DNA from: Cyanophora paradoxa CCMP329
Lineage: Eukaryota > Plantae > Glaucophyta
Direction of reading: 5' to 3'
DNA: 64,000 nucleotides
NCBI GenBank assembly: GCA_004431415.1
Contig: QPMI01000527.1
Coordinates: forward strand, 124,001 to 188,000
How positions within the stretch are numbered: the stretch's first letter is position 1; each line of letters begins with the position of its first letter. A model generated the notes under the pieces. It saw only the letters and a program-made list of their open reading frames with translations. It searched no databases and had not been told where the DNA came from. Of the stretch, positions 1 through 12,726 are shown in pieces. A program made the translations under genes and the position numbers.

Positions 1-3000
1 GTGATCGGGAAGCTCTTCTCGGCGGACACGCTCCTCGGCGTCTTCCCCGTCCCCATCGACTCCCAGGTCCGAAGGGGGCGGACAGGCGAACACATAAGGA
101 CGGGAACAAGATCGGGCGTACAATAGGGCCTCCAATGAGCCTCTTATAGAAGCTGTCCTCCCCGCCACCATTCCTTCTCGCCTCCCCCGCCTCCACTCCC
201 TCCTAACCTCCTAACCCCCCGGCCCCGCGCAGACGCTCCTGGCCTCGATGGAGACGCTGGAGTCGACGGGGGTCGTGGAGCGCGTGCCCGCGGCGCTCAC
301 CCTCGCCAACATGCGCTCCGCCTTCTCCGCCCTCGACTCCCTCCAGTGGACCTTCGCCTCCAACATGGTCCGCTTCTCAACTAGCTAGCTTCTTGAATCT
401 ATATCTATTATTGTTGTTAGATCTCTTATTATTGTTAGTGGACCTTCGCCTCGAACATGGTCCCCGCGCCCCGCCCCCCTCTCTTATGAGATCTCTTACT
501 GTTAGATCTCTTACTTAGCTAACTAAGTAACCTGCTAGATCTTAGATCTTAGATCTTACTCAGATCTTCTTAGAGCTCTTATTACTGTTAGATCTCCCTC
601 CAGTGGACCTTCGCCTCCAACATGGTCCGCTTCTCAACTAGCTAGCTTCTTAGATCTCTTAGACTAACTTCTTAGATCTCGTATTGTTAGATCTGCTTTT
701 CCCTCTTCCTTGCTGTTGCTTATCTGAGTAAACTGACCCGCTACCTCAGGTCCACGAGGTGGCCCTCTCGCTCCTCACGTGCGCCATCCTCCCCTCCGCC
801 CCCTCTCCTCCCCGCCTCACGCGCGCCCCTCCCTGCCCGCAGGTACGCGTCGCGGTGCGAGATGCACAAGCGGATCGGGGAGTACCTCGAGGAACACTTC
901 AAGGGCGCCCCCGGTGCGCCAGGGAGGGAGCGGGGCAGCGCGTCCCAGCGCTTAGCAGCACTCTCCACGCCCTGCGCCAGGCGGCCCAGCCTGATAGACC
1001 CCCTAGCTCCAAGCACAGCAGCGCATTGCAGCGCGCCCGCGCTAGGGAAACAAACAGACTCGATTCCTACATCTTCCTAGCTCCACCACGCCCCCACTGC
1101 CCCTCTTACTCGTCCCAGCGCTTAGCAGCGCTCTCTGCGCGCCTTAAAGCGCCAGGCGGCCCAGCCTGCTAGACCTCCTAGCTCCAAGCAGAGCTTCGCG
1201 TTGCAGCCCGCCCGCTAGCGTCACCTCCCCACGACCTCAAATCCCCCCCTGCCCCCCTTTCTCAACTCCTCCCTCCTCTCCCCCCCCCCCCCCCCCCCCC
1301 CCCCCCAAGACGCGAGCGACCTAGACCCCCTAGCTCCAAGCAGAGCAGCGCGCCCGCGCAAGGGAAGCAGACTCGACTCCTGCATCCTCCTAGCTCCACC
1401 ACGCACCCACTGTCCCTCTTGCTCTTTCTCACTCGCCCGCTTTCCCCCCAGACGCGACGATGACGCTGGCGGACTACGTGGTCCTCTCCACGCACTTCGC
1501 CGAGGCCGGCGACTCCCCCGACGTCCTCGAGAAGGTCCCCCGCTTCCCTCCCTTCCTCCTCTCTCCCCTCACTGACTTCGCCCCTTCGGAAGGCCGTCTC
1601 CTACTCCCTCCGCGCCGGCTCCCTCGCCGAGAACAAGGTGCGGAGAAGCCCGACGAGCCTAGCTAGGCTTAGTACCTGAGCACTCTCCTCACCTTGCCTT
1701 TCTCACGCGCCCGCCCCCGCCCCCGCCCCCCCGCGCAGTTCTCGAACCAGGAGGCGTGCACGTTCTACCTGACGGCACTGCACCTCTGCGAGAAGCTCGG
1801 GGAGGCCCGCTCGCCCCGCGTCGCCCAGCTCTACCGCCGCCTCGGCGACGTCCAGGTCCGAGCCCGGCCGCTTTAAGCAGAATTACGTTTAGTTAGGTAG
1901 AAAGAAGAGCGCGCGAGCGAGCGGGGCCGCCGCTGCCTGCGCCTCGCCTGCCGGAGGCTTCTAGCTTACGAGTGGATTCTAAATTAGTAAGACCGATGAG
2001 CCATGAGCTAAGCTAGTTAGTTAGCTAGAATCGCATTTCGTAAGCTCACATCATCTCGCCCCGTGCGCAGTTCGTGCTGAACGACGTGGCGGCGGCGATC
2101 GCCTCCTTCGAGAAGTGCTTCGACCTCCTCGGCTTCCAGGTGAGAGGAAGAAGAAGGGAAGAAGAAGAAGACTCTCTAGGGAGAGCAATCTCTAGGGAGA
2201 GCAAGCGAGCTGTGCTCAGCTCTGGAGGGGGAGCTAGCTAGCTAGCGAGCTAGCTAGCTAGCTGGGAGGCGCCGGCTTGGCTCGCGTTTCCCGCCGGCTC
2301 GGCTCACGCCCCCTCTTCAGGTGCCGTCCTCCGGGGTGGGCCTCGCGGCGCGCATCTTCCGCGAGATCGTCGCCCAGGCCCGCAACCGCATCCGCAAGTC
2401 CGGCGTGCGTTGCTTGTTCGAACGGCTCTGTCGTGCGCCGAGGCCGACGCGCGCGCACCCCGCAGGCTCTGTACCGGAGGCTCGCGCAGCCGCCCCCCGC
2501 GGTGCCGCACGGCGGGACGGGCACGCACCGGCGCTCGCAGGGCCTCATCCCCAACTCGACGTCCAGCGCCCAGCTCAACTCGCCCGCCGGCGGCGCCGGC
2601 GTGGGCGGCGAGGGCGGCAGCGTCCCCCACACGGCCCACGGGACGCCGCGCACGCCCGGCGCGGGCGGCGCCGGCGCCGGCGGAGGCGGCGCGAGCGAGC
2701 GGCCGCGGTCGTTCGGGCCGGCCGTGCCCGGCCTGCCCGCGCCCCCCGCGGACCCCAACGCCGTCTCCAGCGCTCGCCCGCTCCGCGACATGGCCCGCAT
2801 CCTCTCCAAACTCTACCAGGTCCCTTTCTTTTAAGCTTCTTATGTAATCTATCCTTAAGCTTCTTGTGTAATCTATCTTAAGCTTCTCATGTAATCTATC
2901 TTTAAGCTTCTTATGTAATTTATCGTAAGCTTCTCATGTAACCTATCCTCAAGTTTCTCATGTAATCTATCTTTAAGCTCTACCAGATCCTCCCTCTCTC

Positions 3001-5626
3001 TCATTCCTCCTCTTCCTCCTCTAACTCTTCGCCCCTCTCTCAGGCCTACTTCCACGAGCGGACGCCGCTGAAGGGCGTGTACGTCGCCCTCTTCCTCCTC
3101 AACCGCGCCGAGGAGACGGGCGACTGCGCCCTCGCCGCCCTCCCCACCGCCCTCACGGTCCGCCCCGCCCCGCCCGCCCCGCCCCGTACTAGACCGTCTT
3201 TTAGACCGCACCGCCCCCCCCGTACGCTCACCGCTCCGCTCTGCCCCGCCCCGCCGCGCATCCCGTGCGGTATCCGCGGCTTAGATCTATGGCGGTATCG
3301 GCTAGGATCCTAAGAATCTTCTGCACCCCGCCCCGCCCGCCCCGCCCCGCCCCGCCCCGCTGTGCCTGACAACGCCGGCCCTGCCCCCCGCGCGCGCAGT
3401 GCCTGACGTGCCTGGTGAGCGGGATGGCGAGGCAGGCGCGCGAGTACTGCGCCCTCACCCTCCAGCTCTGCAACTACGTCGACGACCGGCCTTTGGTCGC
3501 CCAGGTCCGTAACGGAACAGCAGGAGCAGAGCATAGCACAGCGGAGCATAGCATAGCGGAGCATAGCATAGCGGAGCATAGCATAGCGGAGCGGCGGCCT
3601 GACCGGCCTTGGTTCGCTCGCGCAGGCGTACGCGTACCTGGCGTGGTACTTCGCGGTGACGGGCCAGTGGGGCGAGGCGGACGAGTCGATCCGCGCCGCC
3701 GTCGCCATCTTCGAGGAGCACGGGGACGGCAAGGAGAGCATGCAGCTGCTCTCGGCCCTCGCCGGCGTCGGCCACCTCTCCCGCATGCAGCAGGTGCGGG
3801 GCTAGCATAGCAGAAGAGGCCAGAAGCTTATGCTAGAAGAAGCTGACGCCCCGGGCGGCAGGCGCGCCCCGCCGAGGTCCTCGCGACGGTCCGGCAGCTG
3901 CGGGACGCGGCGGAGAGCATCGGCGACGTGGCGACGCGCTCCTTCGCGGTGGCGTGGGAGGCCGTGCTCCTCCTGCAGGCGGCCGAGCCCCGTGCCGCGC
4001 TGGACGTGCTCGTGGGCAGCCAGCCGCGGCGGGCCTTGGGCCTCGACGAGAAGGACGCGGCGCCCTCGCCGCCGGCGCCGGCGCCCTCCGTCGGCACGCA
4101 GTCGCGCCGCGCCATCGGCGCCGTCGACGCGTACGCCGGCGGCCGCTCGGCGCGATTCCCGCGGGGCCCGTGGGCGGGCCCGTCGCCGCGGCGGCCGCCG
4201 CCGTCGCCGAGGCGGAGGAGGACGCGGACGGCGGGCCCGGGGTCGACGTCTCCGAGTCGGCGCCGGAGGGCCAGGCCTACCGCCGCGAGGTCGGCTGGTG
4301 CGCCCTGGTCGCCGTCCTCACGGCCCTGGGCGACGTCCCGCACGCCCTCGCGCACGCCCGGAGCCTCGCGGAGCTGGCGGGGACCGGAGCCCCCGCCGGG
4401 CTCTCCTGGGAAGCCGCCGTCGTCCTGACGGCGGCCGCCGACGCCATCTGCGACCTCATCGACGCCGTCCGCGCCTCCCCGGCCGTCGCCGCCGCCGCGG
4501 CGGCCGCGGCTGCAGCCTCCGCGGCCTCCCCGACGCCCCCGCCCCGCACCACCTCCTCCTCCTCGACCTCCCCGGAGCCCCGACCCGACCCCGTCCGCCC
4601 CGCCGCCTCCGCCCCCGCCTCCGCCATGGCCCTCGGCATGGGGGCCATCAACAGCCGGCCGCCCCCGTCCGCCCTGCCCCTCCCCTCCCCGCCCCCGCCG
4701 GCGGCGCCCCCGGCGCCCTCGGCGGCGGCCGCCGCCTCGACGGTGGCGATGCTGGTGCGGGCCCTGCAGGCGGTCGGCCGCATGATCGACCGCATGGTGG
4801 CGACGACGGGCAAGGGCTCCTCGGTCCTGCGGCCCCGCGCCCTCCTCGTCAAGGGCCAGCTCGCCTGGGCCGCCGGCGACGCGCGCGCGGCGGCGCTGCA
4901 CTGGACCGACGCGGCGGAGCTCGCCTCGCGGCTGCTGATGCCCGAGGACCTCGCCCTCGCCTACTTCCACCTGGCGCGGCGGGCGGGGACCTCGGACGGG
5001 CCCCTGACCGCCATCCGCGCCGACCGCGCCCGGCGGCTCTTCGCAGCCACCGGCAACTCTTGGTGCGCGTTCCTTGGACATGGGAAGTGTGAGGTGGACC
5101 GTGTGCGTGGCTGACCACTCCCGCGCGCAGGCTCTTCGGTCGGGCGATGACGGAGGTCCACGTGGTGACGCCCTCTGCGGCCCGCGCGGCCGCCCAGGCC
5201 CGCGAGGCGAGGCAGGCGGCCGCCGCCGCCGCTGCCGCCGCCGCCGCCTCCGCCCCCGCCGCGTCGTCGTCGGCGGCGTCCGCGAGCCCGCAGCGGCAGC
5301 CGCGGGCCTCGGCCAACATGTCGCCCCCGCCCCACCCGGCGGCCGCCGCCTCGTCCTCCTCGCCGCCGCCGGCCCCGCAGGCGCCGGCCTCGCCGGCGGG
5401 CAGCGGCAGCAGCTCCGTGGCGACCTCTGCCGCCCGGAGCCGGGCCGCCTGGGGCTCGCCGGCCCCGGGCCCCAACCCGGCCCCGGCCTCCCTGGACCCG
5501 GGGCCCCCGCCCGTCCTCTCCGCCCCCGTCTCCCAGTCCGGCTCCGCCCTCTCCGACGGCTCGGCCCAGGGGGCCCCGCCCCCGCCCGAGCCGGCGCCGG
5601 CCCCCGCCGTCCAGATGCGCCCCTAG
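1..5626 (+). CDS. 3' part of a multi-exon STAND-NTPase / soluble adenylyl cyclase (ADCY10-like) gene: winged-helix and TPR region plus Ala/Pro/Ser-rich tail (copy 1; the 5' part lies upstream of the window)
   Basis: About 15 exons with GT..AG borders splice to VIGKLFSADTLL..WTFASNMVHEVALSLLTYASRCEMHKRIGEYLEEHF..LSTHFAEAGD..EKAVSYSLRAGSLAENKFSNQEACTFYLTALHL, which matches the pattern after the AAA domain in cyclase/LuxR-type STAND proteins. Stop TAG at 5624-5626. One missing G in a G-run at ~4165 relative to copy 3. The cyclase domain itself is not in the window. Confidence 0.7.
346..660 (+). repeat. Threefold repeat of an exon end and splice donor (GTGGACCTTCGCCTCCAACATG|GTCC) inside an intron, with AGATCT-rich filler
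   Basis: Copies at ~346, ~438 and ~603. The first and third share a further ~25 bp (GCTTCTCAACTAGCTAGCTTCTT). Confidence 0.85.
2832..2980 (+). repeat. Intronic minisatellite, about 6 copies of a 23-24 bp unit (TAAGCTTCT(T)ATGTAATCTATC)
   Basis: Tandem units read directly. The paralogous intron at ~32286 has one unit. Confidence 0.85.
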
Positions 5627-6006
5627 GCCTGACTAGCTCTCGCCCCTATAGCTAGCTGCGGCTTTTTTAGTATGCCTGTACATGTGTAAATGTGAGCGCG
5701 GCTCAGCGTCGGGGTACAGAGCGACCGAATTCGGGTACTAGCGCGGTCGATCGCGAGCGGGGTACAGAAAGGTAGACATCGATGTCAACAACCTGTACCC
5801 CCCTGCGCGCGGCACACGACGTCGACGCAGCCGCGCGCGGCGCCGGCGAAATGCTGGCGCGCGCCGTGGCCATGCACGGACGAATTCGAAGCTTGAGACA
5901 CCGCGAGGGATACAGAGCGACAGGTGGTGGGTATGGCATTTAAATTTAAATTTCGATTTCGAACTACGTATACGTATTCAACGATCAATTTGCAATGCTG
6001 GATCAA

Positions 6007-6364
6007 TTTTGTCCTCCGCTTCTTAGTGATGTATACGTAATTCCTCTAGCTTCGATATTGATGGTATCTCTAGCTCTGGCTCTTCTTCGTGTCAGTCATC
6101 CTCTGTCCCTATATAGCTAGATCTGCTCGATTTATCGTCTCTTCAAATTCTCGATATCGATCTGTCTCGAGCTCTGTGTCTTTTCTTTTTTATTGTCGAT
6201 TAATATTTTGGCTCTTTGTCTTATCTTTCTTTGTGCTCTTGTCTTAGTTATTTTGCTTTTTTGTCTTTATAATTATGCCCCCTGGGCAGCCCCCGCAGTG
6301 CTGGTGACAGCCTGGTGTCTAGACTCTAGAGACGTCGACTGTGGCCGGTAATTCACCAAAAAAA
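6007..6364 (+). mobile_element. LINE family A 3' fragment with poly(A) and 13-bp TSD
   Basis: Matches the reverse complement of 13389-13690 and ends GGCCGGTAATTCACC(A)n. TSD AATGCTGGATCAA at 5994-6006 and 6365-6377. Confidence 0.9.
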
Positions 6365-6529
6365 AATGCTGGATCAAATTGTAAGCATCACCTGTACCCC
6401 CTCGAGGCAGCTTGCACTTGCGGTGGACTGCCTCGTTCGGGTGCGGGCGAAGCTTGAAGTACGTGAGCGCTAGCTAGCAAGCAGAATTCGTACGCTCGCC
6501 TAGGCCGTTTCGACGTCGACTCGGCGAGG

Positions 6530-9500
6530 ATGTCCGGGATAGGCCGCGGGCGCGGCCGGTCGGCGCGTCCTGGTGCGTCGCGCGCGCTCCGATTCTCGCC
6601 CTCGAAGTCCCGCGCGTCGCTGACCGCGACCGGCTCTCCAGCTGGATGCATATGGCTCCCGAGTGAAATGGATGCGACGTCAGTTGCAACGCCGACGTCA
6701 ACCGCCTCGGCAGTTACCTTTGTCCCGTATGGAAGCGGTGCGTAGACCTCACTATTAGGCTAGGACGCTCCCAGCTGCCGGACGCTGTCGCGCTCATGCA
6801 TCCGCAGGCTCTGCCTCGCCGATGGCCGCCGCCGTGGCCAGCGACGACCGCGTGCCGCTTCTCGCCGCAGCGCAGAGCACTTCGCCATCCAGCGCTGAGC
6901 TGGCGCCGGCCTCGGCGCCCGAACGGAAGGCCGCCTCTAGCACAGCGCCCGCGTCCGCCGCGGCTTCACTTGGAGCTGGAGCGGCTGGCGAGGCAGCCGG
7001 GGCCGGAGCCGCCGGAGTCGGCCATCTGCAGCCGGCTGGCTCTGCTAGCGCGGCGTCGCCCGGGGTCGAGCAGTGGTTCCATGCGGCTACTACGGGGGAC
7101 GTCAACGTGCTTCGGTGCCGCCCCCCGCCCCCCCCCCCTTCTCGTACCCCCCTGCCACGCCTGCGAGGGGCCCAGATCTAAATCCCCCGTCTTCCATCCA
7201 CCGCGCTATTTCCTTTCTCCCTCCGCGCTCCACCGCCCCCCCCCCCCCCCCCCTTCCCTCCGCTCCCCCCCCTCCGCCCCCACACACACACATCCTACCC
7301 CTTCCCTCTCCCACTCCCACCATCCCCAACCCCCACCCCACCCCAGTTTACCCCCACCTTCCACTCCACCCCCCTCCCTCCCTCCCCCTTCCGCCCCCCC
7401 CCCCCCCCCCCCCCCCGCCGCCCCCGCCGCCCTCGTACATTGGATCGAATGGCCTCGCAGGGCGATGCTGGAAGGAGGCCAGCCGGTCGATTCAACGAAC
7501 AAGGAAGGCCTCACCGCGCTCTACATCGCATGCGAGAACGGCCACGAGGCCGCAGCGCGGCTCCTCCTCGAGCGTGGCGCAGACTCGATGCTGCCTTGCG
7601 GCGATAGGGGCAGGCTCCCGATTCACGCCGGAGCCGCTGGCGAGCACGAGCCCATCGTGAGGTGCCCTGCAGGAATCCTGCATCATCCTTGTCAAGTGCA
7701 AACTGCCCTGCAGGCTTCTGCTGGGGCGCGGGATGCCTGTGGATGCGAAGACCAAACGAGGGGCTACGGTACTCTACATTGCATGCCAGGAAGGTCGGGA
7801 GGCTGTGGCGCGGCTCCTGCTCGAGCGCGGGGCGGACCCCGCGCTGTGTGATGAAAGAGGCTGGCACCCCCTCCACGCCGCTGCAGACTCCGGGCGCACG
7901 GCCATTGTCAAGTGCGGCGGGCCCCGTTCTGCTTTCCGCTGTCGGACTGCATGTGATCAGGTGCCGGCTGCAGGCTTCTGCTGGAGAGGGGGGCGCCGGT
8001 GGATGCGAAGAACAACTATGCTGTCACCGCTCTGTATTTAGCAGCTCAGAACAGTGACGTGGACGTCACACGGCTCCTGCTCGAGCACGGGGCGGACCCC
8101 GCGCTGTGTGACGAAAGAGGCTGGCACCCCCTCCACGCCGCTGCAGGGAACGGACATGGGGCCATTGTCAAGTGCGGCGGGCCAGGCTTTCTGCTGTCAG
8201 TCCGCGCGTGATCTCATTCCTCGGTCGCAGGCTTCTGCTGGAGCGCGGGGCGCCAGTGGATGCGAAGACCAACAGTGGGCGCACGGCGCTCCACATGGCA
8301 TGCACGCTGGGCCATGTGGACGTCGCACGGCTCCTGCTCGAGCACGGGGCAGACCCGTCGCTGCCCGACGAAGATGGCCAGCACCCCCTCCACGCCGCTG
8401 CAGGGAACGGACATGGGGCCATTGTCAAGTGCGGCGGGCCGTGCTTTTTGCTTTCAGTCCACACTTGCTCTCATTCCCCGACCGCAGGATTCTGCTGGAG
8501 CGCGGGGCGCCTGTGGATTCAAAAGACAAAGAAGGTGGCACTGCGCTTTTCATGGCAAGCGTAATGGGCGATGAGGACATCGCACGAATCCTGCTCGAAC
8601 ATGGAGCGGACACCATGCTCTCATGTGACGCTGAAAGTGACCCTGAAAATTGCGATCTGCTGCCCATTCATGCAGCATCCTTGGCCACGAAGAACATATC
8701 TCTCGTGAAGTTTGTACCAGATTTAAACCTGCATCCACCCAGCAATTATCTTAATGAGCCCTCTGCAGGCTTCTCCTCGAACGTGGAAACCCTGCAGCTG
8801 TAACGGCTGCCTGCACTCTCAACTCGAGAAAAGGGACGACGTTATTGCACATTGCCGCCTGTCAAGGATATGTTGATATCATTCGGTAAATGGCTGCGGC
8901 AGCCCATCGGGTGTCTGGCCACGGCAGCCTTGATGACTCAGTGATCTGGGGGTGGTGTGCATGCAGATTGTGTCTGGAGCACGGGGCAGTGCTGGAAGCG
9001 GAAAATGATCGCGGCTGGACACCGCTAATGGACGCCATCTGGGCGGGGGAGGCGCCAGTGGCACGCTCTCTTCTGGAGGCGGGCGCTGCGTGGGACACGG
9101 AGGACAAGGAGGGAGTGACAGCTCTAGAGCTCGCCCTCCGTTGGCGGCAAGGCGCCTTCCTCAACCCCTTCCTCGACTGTCCGCGCGTCTTGTTCACCGC
9201 AGCCAAGCTTGCATCTATTTGCGAGCAAATCATTGCCGCTGTCGGAGCTGAGTGTAATCCTGCCGCTGTCGTTGCCAAGTTTCCCTCGCACAAGCTCCAC
9301 TGTGCCCTCCACCTCGCCCGGCTTCTCGAGGTCCGGCGACCCCCGGGCTCGTCCCATTCATGCTTTTATTTCTTTTTATACATCACGCGCGTACGTATCG
9401 CAGAGAGCGGCCAAGGCAAACCCCGACCAGGCTTCTGTCATCCTTGAACACCGCGATGAAGCCATCAACGTCGCTTACCAGGTGACTTGCTTGTTCATTT

Positions 9501-12500
9501 CGTCTGGTCGGCTTAAGTTGATTTCGTCTGGTCACTGATTGTGATTTCTTTGTTTAGCTTCTGGATGCTATGGGAAGGAAGTTTGGAGAGCGCTTGCAGA
9601 GGCGAGCGAGGAATGACAGTGCTCAGGTTACTTGGATGGGCCTCATGAGGAGCCTTGCGTGCGTCCCTTTGCCAATTGCAAAGCATGCTAACGATTGGGA
9701 CTGCACAGAGAAGAGACAGAAGACAAGAAGTTGGAGGAGCGCCTACGTGATTGTGTAGAGCTCACGGCAGATGACCCGCTCGACACGTGGCATGCGAACC
9801 AGGTGCTTCTCGCTTCACCTGGTACGATTAATTTCCTCGCTGACTCTCACTACAGTTGAAGAACGCAAACTGGAGGAGCATATTTTCTTCCACTTTTGAA
9901 TGGGCCACTGATCAGTGGGGGCCTATCGCAGACTCTGTCGAAGTACGTGTCTTTTCTGTCCAGCGCGTGTCTTGCAGGACAGAATGGTGGCGCATGCAGG
10001 CTCTGGAGAAGAGCCTGCCCGGTGTCGGGAGTCCACTTGACATCGCCATCGAGCTGGATTTGTACCCTTTCTTTGTACGCCTGATCCCCCGCTTGCTCCT
10101 TTATTCTCCCAATATTAATGTATTCTGGGGACCCTCGCAGGGCCATCCGTTCGTCCATCGCTACATACAGCGCATCTCTGAGAGTGCATCGGATATGCAG
10201 GTCAGCGGAATTCACCTCGTCTCATCCAATTCAAGACGTCATGCAAACGCAGGCGGTTTCACTTCTTCCCAGCGCCCTCGTCTCGCTTGCCAAAAAGCTG
10301 CCATCGTGGCTGCGGGATGCCGGAAAACAAGGCAAGAGCGAGGAAAAGGACGGCGAGAGTGAGGAGAGCGCTGGGGAAGACAAACAACCAAACGAGGGGG
10401 AGCTCTGGTGGGAGACTCCAGGGCACCCCCTCAACAGCTGGAAAGGCAAATTCGCGGCCGACTTGACTACATACCTCATTTTTCTCGTCCTCATTGCGCT
10501 TGGTGCGCATTTACCACATGCACCCTTTCCCTATGAGTTGGGTGCAGCTGCAGCTGCAACTAAAAGCATGGTAACATGTACAGCTGTGTGGAGCGGGCGC
10601 GTGTTTGGGGAGCATGGTCATGGCCGGCCTTCAGTTCTAGGTCTCCTCGCCCTTCAGTCTCTCTGCATGCTTCTGCGGGAGTACTACCAGGCGCGTCCTG
10701 CATACTTGGCCTTCCTTATAATTACAGATTACGAATTCGAAATGAGCAACCTCAGGCGCGGGAGGAGGGGATCCGAGACTACTTTGGAGACGTCTTCAAT
10801 CTGTTTGACCTCGCCCTCTTCATTGCCACGCCGCTCTTCGCCATTCTAGGAATCATAACAGAGGCAATCTCTAGATCTGTACTTGATTAACTGCGGCGTC
10901 AGTCGTGTTGACTTCGACATCTGCACATGTACAGGCGGTCCCCGCTTTCGCATACCTGGGCGACAATATGATACCTGCTCTTGCCCTAAGTGCGACCGTA
11001 CATGCACATAGCAGCTGTTTTCTTCACATGACTGATTGACCGCCACACAGTCTTCATTCCGGCTTCTCTTCGCCTTCTCGAGTTTGGATACATCAGCCCC
11101 ATGCTAGGTCTGCCATCCGATCAGCTCAGCGCTAAAAGCTCAGCTCTAATCACATCCACCAGGCCCCATGCTCGTCGTTTTTGGTCGCGTGCGTTCACTG
11201 GTTGCTCAGCACCTCTCTCATGTAAATTTAATGCCAGATGGCGCAAAATGTTCTCTCGGTTCTCATCGTCTTCCTTCTCGTTTTTGCGTCATTTCTGTTC
11301 GCCCTGTGGGGCTGGTCTGCCTCCATCCTTGGCCGCGCAAGCGACGGCGAACCGCCGATTACCTTCCTCGAAACGGCGTGCGTCGGAGTTAGCCTAGAGA
11401 GCTGCCAGAAATTGTTTTTCGCAATATATAAATAACTCTGCGCCTCAGCGGATCTCTCTACTTTGGTTTCCTGGGAGAGAGCGACTACGACCTGATGCGA
11501 TCCCGCATCCCTCTCGTTGGTCCGGCAGTTTTGCTGTTTCCTGCCGAGGTCTCTGCATCGAATTCGAAGCATTTAACCTGCGCAGGCTCTGCATTCTTCT
11601 CCATCTACCAGATTATTACGGTGAGTGCTGAGAAATGATTTCCACTGCGCTATGCCGAATTAGCTGAAGGGGTCGAGGCCAGGTCATCCTGCTTCTCAAC
11701 GTGCTCACCGGTCTCTTCAGGTGCGCGTAGAAAGGCGCCTTTGTAACCCGTTCTTTTGCACTTACGCTGCGGCTCTCAGCTTCTCCTTCACCGACGTTTT
11801 CGAGAACGCGCAACACGTGTATGCATTTGGCAGAGCGAAGGTGCTCGAAATAATCCTATCTAGCTGCAAAAGCTGCGCATTTCGAATTCAACATCTCCTG
11901 CAGATTATTCTCCGGTACCACCGGATGGGCCGCCGCCTGGTGGCACCGCTGAATGTGGTTTGGCTGCTGCTGAGCCCCGCGCCCCGCCTCGCCGCCGCGG
12001 TTATCAATGTAATCTCGGCCGTGTTCTTCCTCCCCTTCCTAGCTGTCGCCCTCGGCCTCTCGCACCTGTCCCGCCTCGTCGAAAACCTCTTCGGAACTCC
12101 GGCGGAGAAGAAGAAGCAGCAGGAGGCGGCTTCCGCTCAATCGGGAGCCCTAGAGGCTTGGCTGAAGGCCATCGAAACCCACCGGAAGGCGCGGCTCGCG
12201 GACGCTGCCAAGGAGCAGCCTGATGCGCCCCTGGAGCTGAAGCTCAAGTTCCCCCTCGCGTACGACGAGGCCAACGAGAAGCCGGACCCGGTGCCCCCCG
12301 GCCCCCTCAAGGTGCGAGCCTCTACACCTCCGGTCGATATCTTCGAAGAGCTTTCGGAGTCGAATTTAAGCTTGTTCATTATAATATAGATATCGATAGA
12401 CAATCGTATAACAACGAGTCTCTTTCCAATCTATATGAACCTGTCCGATAATCTAGATCTGAGATTGTCCATAGCTATATAGTAACAAACAATTCAAACA

Positions 12501-12726
12501 GGTGGCGCACACGGCGGAGAACGTGCCGCGCAACCTGGAGACCATTCACGAGCGCACCGAAAAGCTGGAGGCGGGCCAGGCGAAGCTAGAGGAGAAGATC
12601 GACGCTGGCCAGGCGAAGCTCGAGGAGAAGTTCGAGGCCTCGCTGGCGGAGGTGAAGGCGGTGCTCGCGGAGCTGAAAGCCGCCATCACGGCCCCTGCCG
12701 CCCGCCGCAGCCTCTTCGAGTTCTGA
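6530..12726 (+). CDS. Ankyrin-repeat TRP-like cation channel, copy A (apparently full length, >25 exons)
   Basis: Exon 1 MSGIGRGRGRSARP splices in frame to GSASPMAAA. Ankyrin exons follow (GLTALYIACENGHEAAARLLLERGAD etc.). The TM region includes YFGDVFNLFDL, SLRLLEFGYISPMLGPMLVVFGRMAQNVLSVLIVF, pore helix GSLYFGFLGESDY, S6 VILLLNVLTGLFS, TRP-box-like VFENAQHVYAFGRAKII and LVAPLN. A C-terminal coiled coil ends ARRSLFEF* at 12726. Confidence 0.85.
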
